A stretch of 64,000 bases of DNA from Myxococcota bacterium (GTDB taxonomy: Bacteria > Myxococcota > Kuafuiibacteriia > Kuafuiibacteriales > Kuafuiibacteriaceae): assembly GCA_965223435.1 (NCBI GenBank), contig CBDCWQ010000023.1:790694-854693 (forward strand), read 5' to 3'. Made by a program: the position numbers and the translations under genes. A model generated the notes under the pieces. It was not told where the DNA came from and did no database searches. It worked only from the letters and a program-made list of their open reading frames with translations. Position 1 is the stretch's first letter, and each line of letters begins with the position of its first letter. Positions 8,804-16,351 of the stretch are shown in pieces.

Positions 8804-10789
8804 ATGCAAGTTTCTTTACCCGACGGTTCCGTGCGTGAGGTCCCAGATGGGGCCAGTTTCCTTGATTTGGCTCAAGACATTGGGCCTGGCTTGGCGAAGG
8901 CCGTGGTTGCGGCCAAACTCGACGGGGAGCTGATGGATATCCAGGCGACCATTCCGCGCGAAGGGCGGGTGGAGCTTTTGAAGCTCGATGCGCCCGAGGC
9001 TCAGGATATCATTCGCCACACCTGCGAGCACGTCATGGCGACGGCGGTCTGCCGGCTCTATGAGGGCGCCCAGGTGACCATGGGGCCGAAGGACCACGGC
9101 AAAGACTTCTACTACGATTTCGACATCGGTCGGCCGTTTACCCCCGAGGATCTCGAGAAGATCGCGGCCGAGATGAAAAAGATCATTGCTGCGGACGAGC
9201 CTTTCATCCGGCGGGTGGTCCCCAAGCGCGATGCCCTGGAGATTTTTGCGGCGCTGGGGCAGCGCTTCAAGCCTGAGATTCTAGACTGGATCCCCGGTGA
9301 CTCGGTCACCCTGTATCGCGATGCCGATTTTGTGGACCTTTGCCGCGGTCCACATCTTCCCACTGCCGGGCGGATTGGGGCTTTTTCGCTGACGGGGGTT
9401 GCTGGTTCCTACTGGCGCGGTGATCGGACTCGGGATGCCTTACAGCGCATCCGCGGTGTGGCCTTTAAGAGCAAAAAAGACCTTCAGGCTTACGAAAAAA
9501 AACAGGCTCTGGCCAAGGAACGAGACCACCGCAAATTGGGCTCGGAGCTCTCTCTTTTTGGTTTCTCCCCGCTCGCACCCGCTTCGCCTTTTTTTCTGCC
9601 CAAAGGCGCGATTGTCTATAACCAAATGGTGGCCTACATCCGCGCGATTTATCGGCGCTACGGTTACCAAGAGGTTGTGACCCCGCAGATTTACAACACA
9701 GACCTGTACCGAACGTCCGGGCACTACGACAACTACCGCGACAACATGTATTTCGCGGAGTCTGGCAAGACCGAGGGCGGTGACTCCGGCGAAACCGAAG
9801 AGGCTTCCGGCGTAGAATGGTCGGTGAAACCCATGAACTGCCCCGGCCACTGCGTTCTTTATGGGATGAAGCACCACAGTTTTCGCGACCTCCCCTGGCG
9901 GGTGGCTGACTTCGGTCGGCTTCATCGTTCCGAAGGGGAGGCGGTTCATGGACTGATGCGGGTACGAACCTTCGCCCAAGATGACGCCCACATTTTTTGC
10001 ACCCGCGAACAAATGCTCGGGGAGACCAAAGCCTTTATTGACCTCGTGGGGGAGGTCTATCGAGATTTTGGCCTTTCGAAGTTCTCGGTTGTGTTGGCCA
10101 CGCGGCCAGAGAAACGAATCGGTGAGGATGCGCTTTGGGATGAAGCCGAGGCGGCCCTCAAGACTGCGCTTGTCGACAAAGACCGGCCGTTTGACCTGGC
10201 GCCGGGCGAAGGGGCATTTTACGGTCCGAAAATTGAGTTTCATGTCCAAGACGCGCTTGACCGTGATTGGCAGCTCGGGACCATCCAGGTCGACTTTTCG
10301 ATGCCTGGGCCTGGCGCCTTTAACCTCGGTTACGTGGGGGCTGATGGTCAGCGCCATACCCCGGTGATGCTTCATCGAGCGATTTTGGGCAGCCTTGAGC
10401 GTTTTTTTGGTGTTTACCTGGAGCACACGGGCGGGGCTTTTCCGACCTGGTTGGCTCCGGTGCAAGCTGCGATTTTGCCGGTCACCGATCGGGCCATGGC
10501 CCACGCGGACCAGATTCAGGCGGTCCTGGCGCGTGCGGGAATCCGCGCCGATGTCGACCGCAGAAACGAAAAACTTGGACGCAAAGTCGCGGAATCACGA
10601 GTGATGAAGGTTCCTTATATGCTCATCGTGGGCGATCGCGAGGTCGAAAACGGGGGCGCATCGGTTCGGGTTCGCGGGGGGAAGGATCTGGGCCCCATGA
10701 CCACCGATGCCTTGAAAGCATTCTTGGCCCAAGAATCGAGGATGCCGGGGGCCGCGGAGCTTTCGGCTCCCGGGAGCACTGGGCTTTGA
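8804..10789 (+). CDS. thrS: Threonyl-tRNA synthetase.
   Basis: N-terminal TGS domain (MQVSLPDGSVREV…), second additional domain (HTCEHVMATAV), class II core (FRDLPWRVADFGRLHRSE…, GAFYGPKIEF), C-terminal anticodon-binding domain. Followed by infC-rpmI-rplT as in the canonical operon. Confidence 0.95.
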   Translation: MQVSLPDGSVREVPDGASFLDLAQDIGPGLAKAVVAAKLDGELMDIQATIPREGRVELLKLDAPEAQDIIRHTCEHVMATAVCRLYEGAQVTMGPKDHGKDFYYDFDIGRPFTPEDLEKIAAEMKKIIAADEPFIRRVVPKRDALEIFAALGQRFKPEILDWIPGDSVTLYRDADFVDLCRGPHLPTAGRIGAFSLTGVAGSYWRGDRTRDALQRIRGVAFKSKKDLQAYEKKQALAKERDHRKLGSELSLFGFSPLAPASPFFLPKGAIVYNQMVAYIRAIYRRYGYQEVVTPQIYNTDLYRTSGHYDNYRDNMYFAESGKTEGGDSGETEEASGVEWSVKPMNCPGHCVLYGMKHHSFRDLPWRVADFGRLHRSEGEAVHGLMRVRTFAQDDAHIFCTREQMLGETKAFIDLVGEVYRDFGLSKFSVVLATRPEKRIGEDALWDEAEAALKTALVDKDRPFDLAPGEGAFYGPKIEFHVQDALDRDWQLGTIQVDFSMPGPGAFNLGYVGADGQRHTPVMLHRAILGSLERFFGVYLEHTGGAFPTWLAPVQAAILPVTDRAMAHADQIQAVLARAGIRADVDRRNEKLGRKVAESRVMKVPYMLIVGDREVENGGASVRVRGGKDLGPMTTDALKAFLAQESRMPGAAELSAPGSTGL

Positions 10790-10863
10790 GGTAGCCACGA
10801 GACGCCCCGAGAGGTAGACGGCTTGAGGGTCGTTCCCAGTGGGCACTGACGGGAGGAGTAGCC

Positions 10864-11652
10864 ATTCCACGAGCAAAGCATAGTCGCCGCGACGACAAAA
10901 CGCGCGAGCCACGGGTCGATCGAAGAATCCGCGTGCCTGAAGTCCTGGTCATTGACTCTGACGGGACAAAACTGGGGGTGATCTCTACGCAAGACGCCCT
11001 CCGCCGAGCCCGGGACCAGGGCCTCAATTTGGTTGAGGTGGCCCCGAACAGCCGGCCTCCGGTGTGCCGTATTCTCGACTACGGGAAGTACAAGTACGAC
11101 GAAAAGCAGGCCCAAAAGCGCAAGAAGCGCAACCAGGTTGTGGTTGAAGTCAAGGAAGTGAAGTTTCGGCCCAAGATCGAAAAGCACGATTTTGAGTTTA
11201 AACTGCGCCACGTGGGACGGTTTCTCTCGGACGGGAACAAGGTGAAGTGCACCGTCATGTTTCGGGGTCGCGAGATGGCCCATACGAACCTTGGCGAGCT
11301 CATGCTGGAGCGGGTGCTTGGTGAGCTTGAAGGCAAAGTCAACGTTGAGCAGTCCGCCAAGCTTGAAGGGCGCAACATGACCATGCTGATCGCGCCAAAG
11401 GTGGGTGCTTGGCCGAAGAAAGAAAAAGAGCAGCCTGAGGCGGCTCGATCCAAAGATGGCAAGCGGGGCAGCCAGCGCCCGCAAAAGACCGAAGCAGCGG
11501 ACGGCGAAGTGCGCGCCGAGGGCGGCGAAGAGGCACCCGAAAGCCAAGCGCCGGCCGTTGCCGGCGGCGAAGTCGCGGGGACTGGGGCTGCCGCGCTCAG
11601 CGCCGACGCCGGCTCGGAAACCCCGAAAGAACCCGCCGCTGAGGCCTCCTGA
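10864..11652 (+). CDS. infC: Translation initiation factor IF-3 with an Ala/Glu/Lys-rich C-terminal extension. Proposed non-canonical ATT start at 10864; the first canonical in-frame start is GTG at 10933.
   Basis: 'RRIRVPEVLVIDSDGTKLGVISTQDALRRARDQGLNLVEVAPNSRPPVCRILDYGKYKYD…FRGREMAHTNLG…LEGRNMTMLIAPK' matches the IF-3 N and C domains. The frame is open upstream to a TAG at 10792. A strong SD GGGAGGAG (10851-10858) lies 5 nt before ATT 10864. Confidence 0.8.
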   Translation: MPRAKHSRRDDKTREPRVDRRIRVPEVLVIDSDGTKLGVISTQDALRRARDQGLNLVEVAPNSRPPVCRILDYGKYKYDEKQAQKRKKRNQVVVEVKEVKFRPKIEKHDFEFKLRHVGRFLSDGNKVKCTVMFRGREMAHTNLGELMLERVLGELEGKVNVEQSAKLEGRNMTMLIAPKVGAWPKKEKEQPEAARSKDGKRGSQRPQKTEAADGEVRAEGGEEAPESQAPAVAGGEVAGTGAAALSADAGSETPKEPAAEAS

Positions 11653-11986
11653 AGGACGGGGGCCCGCCCCGCCGTGAATTGGGCCCATGGCCATTGTGTC
11701 TCGGCTCACTGGAATGCATGCAAACGAACCCGTTTGGCGGGTGTGCGTCGAGGTCGAGAGGTGGGCCGAATTTTAGATTCGGCCTAGGCGCCCTGAGGTC
11801 GCCCCCTGTTGCTGGGGCTCGGCTATCCGTGAGGCACGGCGCAACGGATCCGTGCGTTCAAATAAGGGGTTTTCTGGTTTCGTGCGCAGGCGGGTCAAAA
11901 TCGATTGGCGGTCGAGCCCTGGAGGTGATAGCAGAGCGTTTCTGCTGCGGGTTGGACCGGAGCGACTTCGAGGGAGCCCGTCAGGA
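11653..11986 (+). promoter_or_regulatory. 334-nt structured spacer between infC and rpmI. Candidate L20 (rplT) autoregulatory leader/attenuator.
   Basis: Unusually long gap inside an otherwise tight operon. A GC hairpin (acgggggcccgccccg) sits right after the infC stop. In other bacteria L20 represses rpmI-rplT via a leader structure. Confidence 0.3.
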
Positions 11987-12184
11987 ATGCCAAAAATGAA
12001 GACAAACCGAGCCGCCGCCAAACGGTTCCGCGTGCTCGGATCTGGAAAGTTTAAGCGCGCCAAGCAGGGTCGTCGTCATATCCTTTCGAACAAAAATCGG
12101 AAGCGAAAACGAAGACTTGGTGAAATTGCGTACGTACACCCGTCCGACGAAAAAAGCGTGCGGCGGATGGTTCCCCACCTTTAG
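11987..12184 (+). CDS. rpmI: 50S ribosomal protein L35.
   Basis: MPKMKTNRAAAKRFRVLGSGKFKRAKQGRRHIL… Start ATG 11987 preceded by AGGGAG. The track ORF 11852..12184 includes upstream read-through. Confidence 0.9.
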   Translation: MPKMKTNRAAAKRFRVLGSGKFKRAKQGRRHILSNKNRKRKRRLGEIAYVHPSDEKSVRRMVPHL

Positions 12185-12255
12185 GTCTTCCCCGGTCAAA
12201 GCGCCGGTAGGCGCCGGGGAACCATGGGTTTGAGTAAGAGAGGGAGTTTTTCTCC

Positions 12256-12603
12256 ATGGCGAGAGCAAGACGAGGCGTCAAGGGTCGGCGCCGTCATAAG
12301 AAGTGGTTGAAGCTTGCGAAGGGCGCGTTTGGCCGACGTTCCAAGATCATCAAGTCGGCGAAGGCCACAGTGGAAAAAGGGCTTCGTTACGCCTACGTGG
12401 ATCGCAAGCTTCGAAAGCGAAACTATCGACGACTCTGGATCGTGCGGATCAACGCGGCCGCCCGCCAGCACGGGATGTCGTACAGTCGGTTCATGGCGGG
12501 GCTCAAGCGGAACCAGGTTGAGCTTGACCGTAAGGTCTTGGCCGATGTCGCCATCCACGATCCCCAAGCCTTTGCAGACTTGGTCGCTTGTGCTTCAGCC
12601 TAG
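12256..12603 (+). CDS. rplT: 50S ribosomal protein L20.
   Basis: [80 protein letters not shown]…. Confidence 0.95.
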   Translation: MARARRGVKGRRRHKKWLKLAKGAFGRRSKIIKSAKATVEKGLRYAYVDRKLRKRNYRRLWIVRINAAARQHGMSYSRFMAGLKRNQVELDRKVLADVAIHDPQAFADLVACASA

Positions 12604-12863
12604 CGGGCAACGCGACGTCCGCCGCCCGTGAACCGCGGCAGCCCCAGCCCCATGGGTGCCTCGATGCCCTTCGGACCGGCCCCTCTCTGAACCGCCGCCA
12701 AACCCGATACGTCTGTTCAAAGATGCGCGCGATGTCTTTGTCGTCATTTTGACCGAGCCGGCCTGGGGGCCGGTTGGCGGGTCTCTGACCGCCGTGGTAG
12801 CTCCTTTGCCAGCGATGGTGCGGTCCTGGCGAAGGGCGGCCCATCGACGAGGGAGGAACGTTG

Positions 12864-13763
12864 ATGCGACGGGGAACGACGCGAAGCGCGGGTGTATGCT
12901 CGCACCGGAACCATGCAAACTGGCTTTCCCTTGGTGCGTTTTGCGCACTGGTGGCGTGCACCGAAAGGCCAACGGGCGATGCCCACACCCAAGTTGCGGG
13001 CACCGGTATGCTCCGCATCGGGCTGGCCTCGGCGCCGGACGAAGCCTTTGATGTGGTCCAGGTTCGCTTTGTCGTCACCTCGAGCGCGACCGGTCAATCT
13101 CAGGAAGCCACGGTTTTTCTCGAGGAAGAGGGGCTTCCAGAGGCGCTGGATGCGGCGCGCGCTGGGGTCCGGTTCGCCGATTGGTTTGTGGTCCTGAACG
13201 CCGGAGACTATCTCGTACAAGCGATGCCGCTCACCCAAACGGGCGCGCCGTCGGTGAGTTGTTCGACGGCGATGGGAAGTGCTTCGGTGCTTTCGGGGGC
13301 CACGACCGAAATCGTGTTGGAGTCCGCATGCGGAGGTGTCCGTTCTGGAGCTCTGGACGTGGTTTTCGTGCTGCAGCCCACGCCGTTTATCGAGGAGCTT
13401 TTTGTCGAGGACAGTAAATTTATCTGTGAGGACGAAGCGCTTTTGGCCACCCTTGCGTTGGGCGCCTCCGTGGACGGTTCGGACTGCACGTGGACCGTGA
13501 GTGGCACGCCAGACAACGTAGGCGAGGAAAGCTACTGTTTGGTCTCGAACGGAGGACAGGCAAGCTTTTCGGCGAACGCGCCAGGGCGCTATGAACTCAC
13601 GGTGAGCGTGGCGACCAGCAGCATTTCGACGGCGCTCCGTTTTCCGGTGTACGTGTCTTCGTGCGGTCTTGGGTCTTCCTGTCCGGGGGACCCCGCGTTG
13701 TCGGACATCCCATCGCCCCCAGGACTTTCGTCGGGACAATGCGTGTGTTCGGGCGACGAGTGA
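12864..13763 (+). CDS. Secreted lipoprotein of unknown function (Cys-rich, probably Ig-like beta fold).
   Basis: Signal peptide with lipobox LVAC (…LSLGAFCALVACTERP). SD GGGAGG at 12851. ATG 12864 (the track ORF starts TTG 12861). Confidence 0.55.
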   Translation: MRRGTTRSAGVCSHRNHANWLSLGAFCALVACTERPTGDAHTQVAGTGMLRIGLASAPDEAFDVVQVRFVVTSSATGQSQEATVFLEEEGLPEALDAARAGVRFADWFVVLNAGDYLVQAMPLTQTGAPSVSCSTAMGSASVLSGATTEIVLESACGGVRSGALDVVFVLQPTPFIEELFVEDSKFICEDEALLATLALGASVDGSDCTWTVSGTPDNVGEESYCLVSNGGQASFSANAPGRYELTVSVATSSISTALRFPVYVSSCGLGSSCPGDPALSDIPSPPGLSSGQCVCSGDE

Positions 13764-13787
13764 CGGTTTCAAAAAGGGAGCACAGTG

Positions 13788-15029
13788 ATGGAACGAACAA
13801 AAGCATCCAAACAGTCTTTCATCCGTCGTGGGGCCACCTTGATCGACCTCGCGGGCGGCATGGGCCGAGGTCGAAACGTCTCGGTCGCGGTCTTCGCTCT
13901 GATCTTGAGTCTGGGTCCTAAGGGGGTAGAGGCGGCGGGAGATGCGCCTCCGATCCCTGAAGCGTACCGGGTGACCATCCAGAATCTGACTGGAGGTCAG
14001 CCCTTTAGCCCGCCCTTGGTTGCGGTCCACAACCATCGGATCGACTTTTTTAGCGTGGGCGCGGTGGCATCCCGCGGACTTCAGGCCATCGCCGAAAACG
14101 GCAACAACGCGTTGATGAGCGGTCGATTCATGATGCAGCCCGACCGTATGGTCTCTCGGGTCGCGGAGGCTGCGGCGCCGTTGGTTCCTGGATCCAATCC
14201 CGGCGGGACCATGTTTGAGAATCACGTGACCCTCGACCTGGCCACCCTCAAGGGAACGCGTTTTTTGTCGATGGCCACGATGCTGATCTGCACCAATGAC
14301 GGTTTTACCGGGCTCGACAGTGTGCGGCTTCCACGCAAGGGATCGCGGACCATGGTCACTCGGGCGTACGACGCGGGAAGTGAACAAAACACCGAGGACT
14401 TCATCGACATGGTGCCGCCGTGTCAGGGACTCATCGGTGTGAGCTCCCAAGATCCCGGCACCGGCGAAAGCAACCCGGCGCTGTCAGAAAACGGAAGCAT
14501 TGGACCCCATCCTGGAATTGGGGGTGGCGCCGATCTTCTTCCGGACGTCCACGGGTGGCAGAACCCGGTGGCTCGGGTCACCATCACGCGGGTGTCGCCC
14601 ACGGGCCAACGCTTTGGGGCGCCCCTGAGCGGTCGAAGTGAAGTGGTGGAAGCCGACGACGGCCAGGTAGGGATGGTGGACAGCGCGGCCACCGGTCTGG
14701 CGATTTTTCGTTTACAAAACGGCGAAACCGAGCTTGCCTATCGGCTCACGGTCAGCCGACTCGAAGGCGTCACCCAGGCGCATATCCACATCGGAATGCC
14801 TCACGAGAACGCACCGGTCGTTGTATTCTTGTTCGGCCCGGTGGCACCGAGCACCGGGCAAGGCTCGATCGCGGAGGGCGTGCTCACCGCCGATGACCTC
14901 GTGGGGACCGTTGCGGGTGACTTTGCGGCTTTGGTCTTGGCGATGAGGGAGGGCCGGGCCTACGTCAATGTCCATACCGAAGCCCACCCGCGCGGCGAAA
15001 TTCGTGGTCAGGTGGGGGTGGTCTGGTAG
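13788..15029 (+). CDS. Secreted spondin_N-domain + CHRD-domain protein.
   Basis: N-terminal 'YRVTIQNLTGGQPFSPPLVAVHNHRIDFF…TMLICTNDGFTGLD' resembles the spondin N-terminal domain. C-terminal 'GVTQAHIHIGMPHENAPVVVFLFGP…AYVNVHTEAHPRGEIRGQV' resembles the CHRD domain. SD AAAAGGGAG. Alternative start at ATG 13860 would give a cleaner signal peptide (MGRGRNVSVAVFALILSLG). Confidence 0.7.
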   Translation: MERTKASKQSFIRRGATLIDLAGGMGRGRNVSVAVFALILSLGPKGVEAAGDAPPIPEAYRVTIQNLTGGQPFSPPLVAVHNHRIDFFSVGAVASRGLQAIAENGNNALMSGRFMMQPDRMVSRVAEAAAPLVPGSNPGGTMFENHVTLDLATLKGTRFLSMATMLICTNDGFTGLDSVRLPRKGSRTMVTRAYDAGSEQNTEDFIDMVPPCQGLIGVSSQDPGTGESNPALSENGSIGPHPGIGGGADLLPDVHGWQNPVARVTITRVSPTGQRFGAPLSGRSEVVEADDGQVGMVDSAATGLAIFRLQNGETELAYRLTVSRLEGVTQAHIHIGMPHENAPVVVFLFGPVAPSTGQGSIAEGVLTADDLVGTVAGDFAALVLAMREGRAYVNVHTEAHPRGEIRGQVGVVW

Positions 15030-15087
15030 GGCGTGCAACCCATTCACCGCCGTCGAGTTCGGGTACGCGTACGGGCAAGGGCACGGG

Positions 15088-15113
15088 GGCAGGGTGTTTT
15101 TTAACACCTTGCC
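15088..15113. terminator. Inverted repeat (ggcagggtgtt-tttt-aacaccttgcc) between the convergent spondin/CHRD and glnII genes. Possible bidirectional terminator.
   Basis: 11-bp stem with one mismatch and a T-rich loop, located between two convergent stops. Confidence 0.3.
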
Positions 15114-15119
15114 AGAGGT

Positions 15120-16154
15120 CTACCAGAGATCGCAGGTTGAGCGGACGATCGCTTCGCACACGCCATAAGGATCGGCGTTGGCAGCAGGACGTCGGTCTTC
15201 CATGTATCCCTTCTTCTCTTCGGCGACCTGACGCGGAATGCGAATCGAGGCCGTACGGTCGGCCACGCCCCAGCGGAAATCCTTGTACGAGCAGGTCTCG
15301 TGAAGGCCCGTCAAGCGGGACTCGTTGCCTTGTCCATAGCGCTCGAGGTGACGGGCATGATGCTCGCCAAAACGGTTGCATGTTTGCTCAATGATTTTCA
15401 TGCCCCCCTCATCTCGCATCGCCTTGGTTGAGAAGTTGGTGTGCATCCCCGCACCATTCCAGTCGCCAGGGACCGGCTTGGGATCTAGGGTTGCTGACAC
15501 GTTGTGGTTCTCGCCGATGCGATAGAGCAACCAGCGTGCGAACCACAAGTGATCCGACGCCGTCAGGGGGTCGACCCCGGGACCGCCACACTGGAACTCC
15601 CATTGGCCAGGCATCACTTCAGCATTGATGCCGGTCAGATGAATGCCCGCCTTCAGGCATGCCGCCAGGTGCTCTTCCACGATGTCTCGGCCGTAGACTT
15701 CGTCGGCGCCGACGCCGCAGTAGTAGGGGCCCTGGGCGGCGGGGAAACGACGCTCGGCGGGGAAGCCGAGTGGCCGTGAACCCTCGAAAAAGGTATATTC
15801 TTGCTCAAAGGCGAGCCAGAAATCGGCTTTGGCCGCGCCTTTGTCCATGGCATCGCGCAAAAGGGCGCGGCGGTTCGAAGCGTGCGGCGTTCCGTCGGGT
15901 TCCAAGACCTCACACATGACGAGAAAGCTGCTTCCACCCCGCACCGGGTCCGGCACGACGCAGACCGGCTGAAGGATACGATCCGAATCTCCACCGGGGG
16001 CTTGGTTGGTGCTCGAGCCGTCGAACGCCCAAACGGGAAAGGCCTCTGGCTTGGCCTCCACGTCTTGAGGAATGATTTTGGTTTTGGAGCGCAAGAGCGC
16101 TGTCGGTTCGGTACCGTCGGTCCAGATGTACTCAGCTATTGTCGTCACATTCAC
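15120..16154 (-). CDS. glnII: Glutamine synthetase type II (eukaryote-like GSII, ~344 aa).
   Basis: 'EYIWTDGTEP', 'FDGSSTNQAPG', 'GPYYCGVGAD', 'NAEVMPGQWEFQ', 'GAGMHTNFS' are GSII signatures. Size fits GSII, not GSI/GSIII. Confidence 0.85.
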   Translation of the reverse strand: MNVTTIAEYIWTDGTEPTALLRSKTKIIPQDVEAKPEAFPVWAFDGSSTNQAPGGDSDRILQPVCVVPDPVRGGSSFLVMCEVLEPDGTPHASNRRALLRDAMDKGAAKADFWLAFEQEYTFFEGSRPLGFPAERRFPAAQGPYYCGVGADEVYGRDIVEEHLAACLKAGIHLTGINAEVMPGQWEFQCGGPGVDPLTASDHLWFARWLLYRIGENHNVSATLDPKPVPGDWNGAGMHTNFSTKAMRDEGGMKIIEQTCNRFGEHHARHLERYGQGNESRLTGLHETCSYKDFRWGVADRTASIRIPRQVAEEKKGYMEDRRPAANADPYGVCEAIVRSTCDLW

Positions 16155-16208
16155 CTCTGCTCCGGAAGAACTGGGTCTATCCGGACATGTTTTTTATTTC
16201 TGGTCCCA

Positions 16209-16224
16209 GCAAGCTCGATGCCAA
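16209..16224 (-). promoter_or_regulatory. Sigma54 (RpoN) -24/-12 promoter-like element TGGCATCGAGCTTGCT upstream of glnII.
   Basis: Minus-strand read TGGCAT-N5-TTGCT with GG and GC spaced exactly as in consensus TGGCAC-N5-TTGCW, ~55 nt upstream of the glnII ATG. N-regulated GS genes are classically sigma54/NtrC dependent. Confidence 0.5.
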
Positions 16225-16351
16225 CGTCAAGACCACTGTGTTTTGTGGCTTTTACCGCGTTTTGGGTCCCTTTGGGGCTACATTTTCGTAGGATGTAGGC
16301 TCAGATCCTACCAGAATGTAGGGGATCCAAGGAGAGATTGGCTCGGGTGCA

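Noticed and set aside
12744-14450. 568-aa minus-strand ORF (Arg/His-rich) overlapping the lipoprotein and spondin/CHRD genes
   Set aside because: Antisense to two well-supported genes. Extreme Arg/Pro/His composition is typical of shadow ORFs in high-GC DNA. No motifs.
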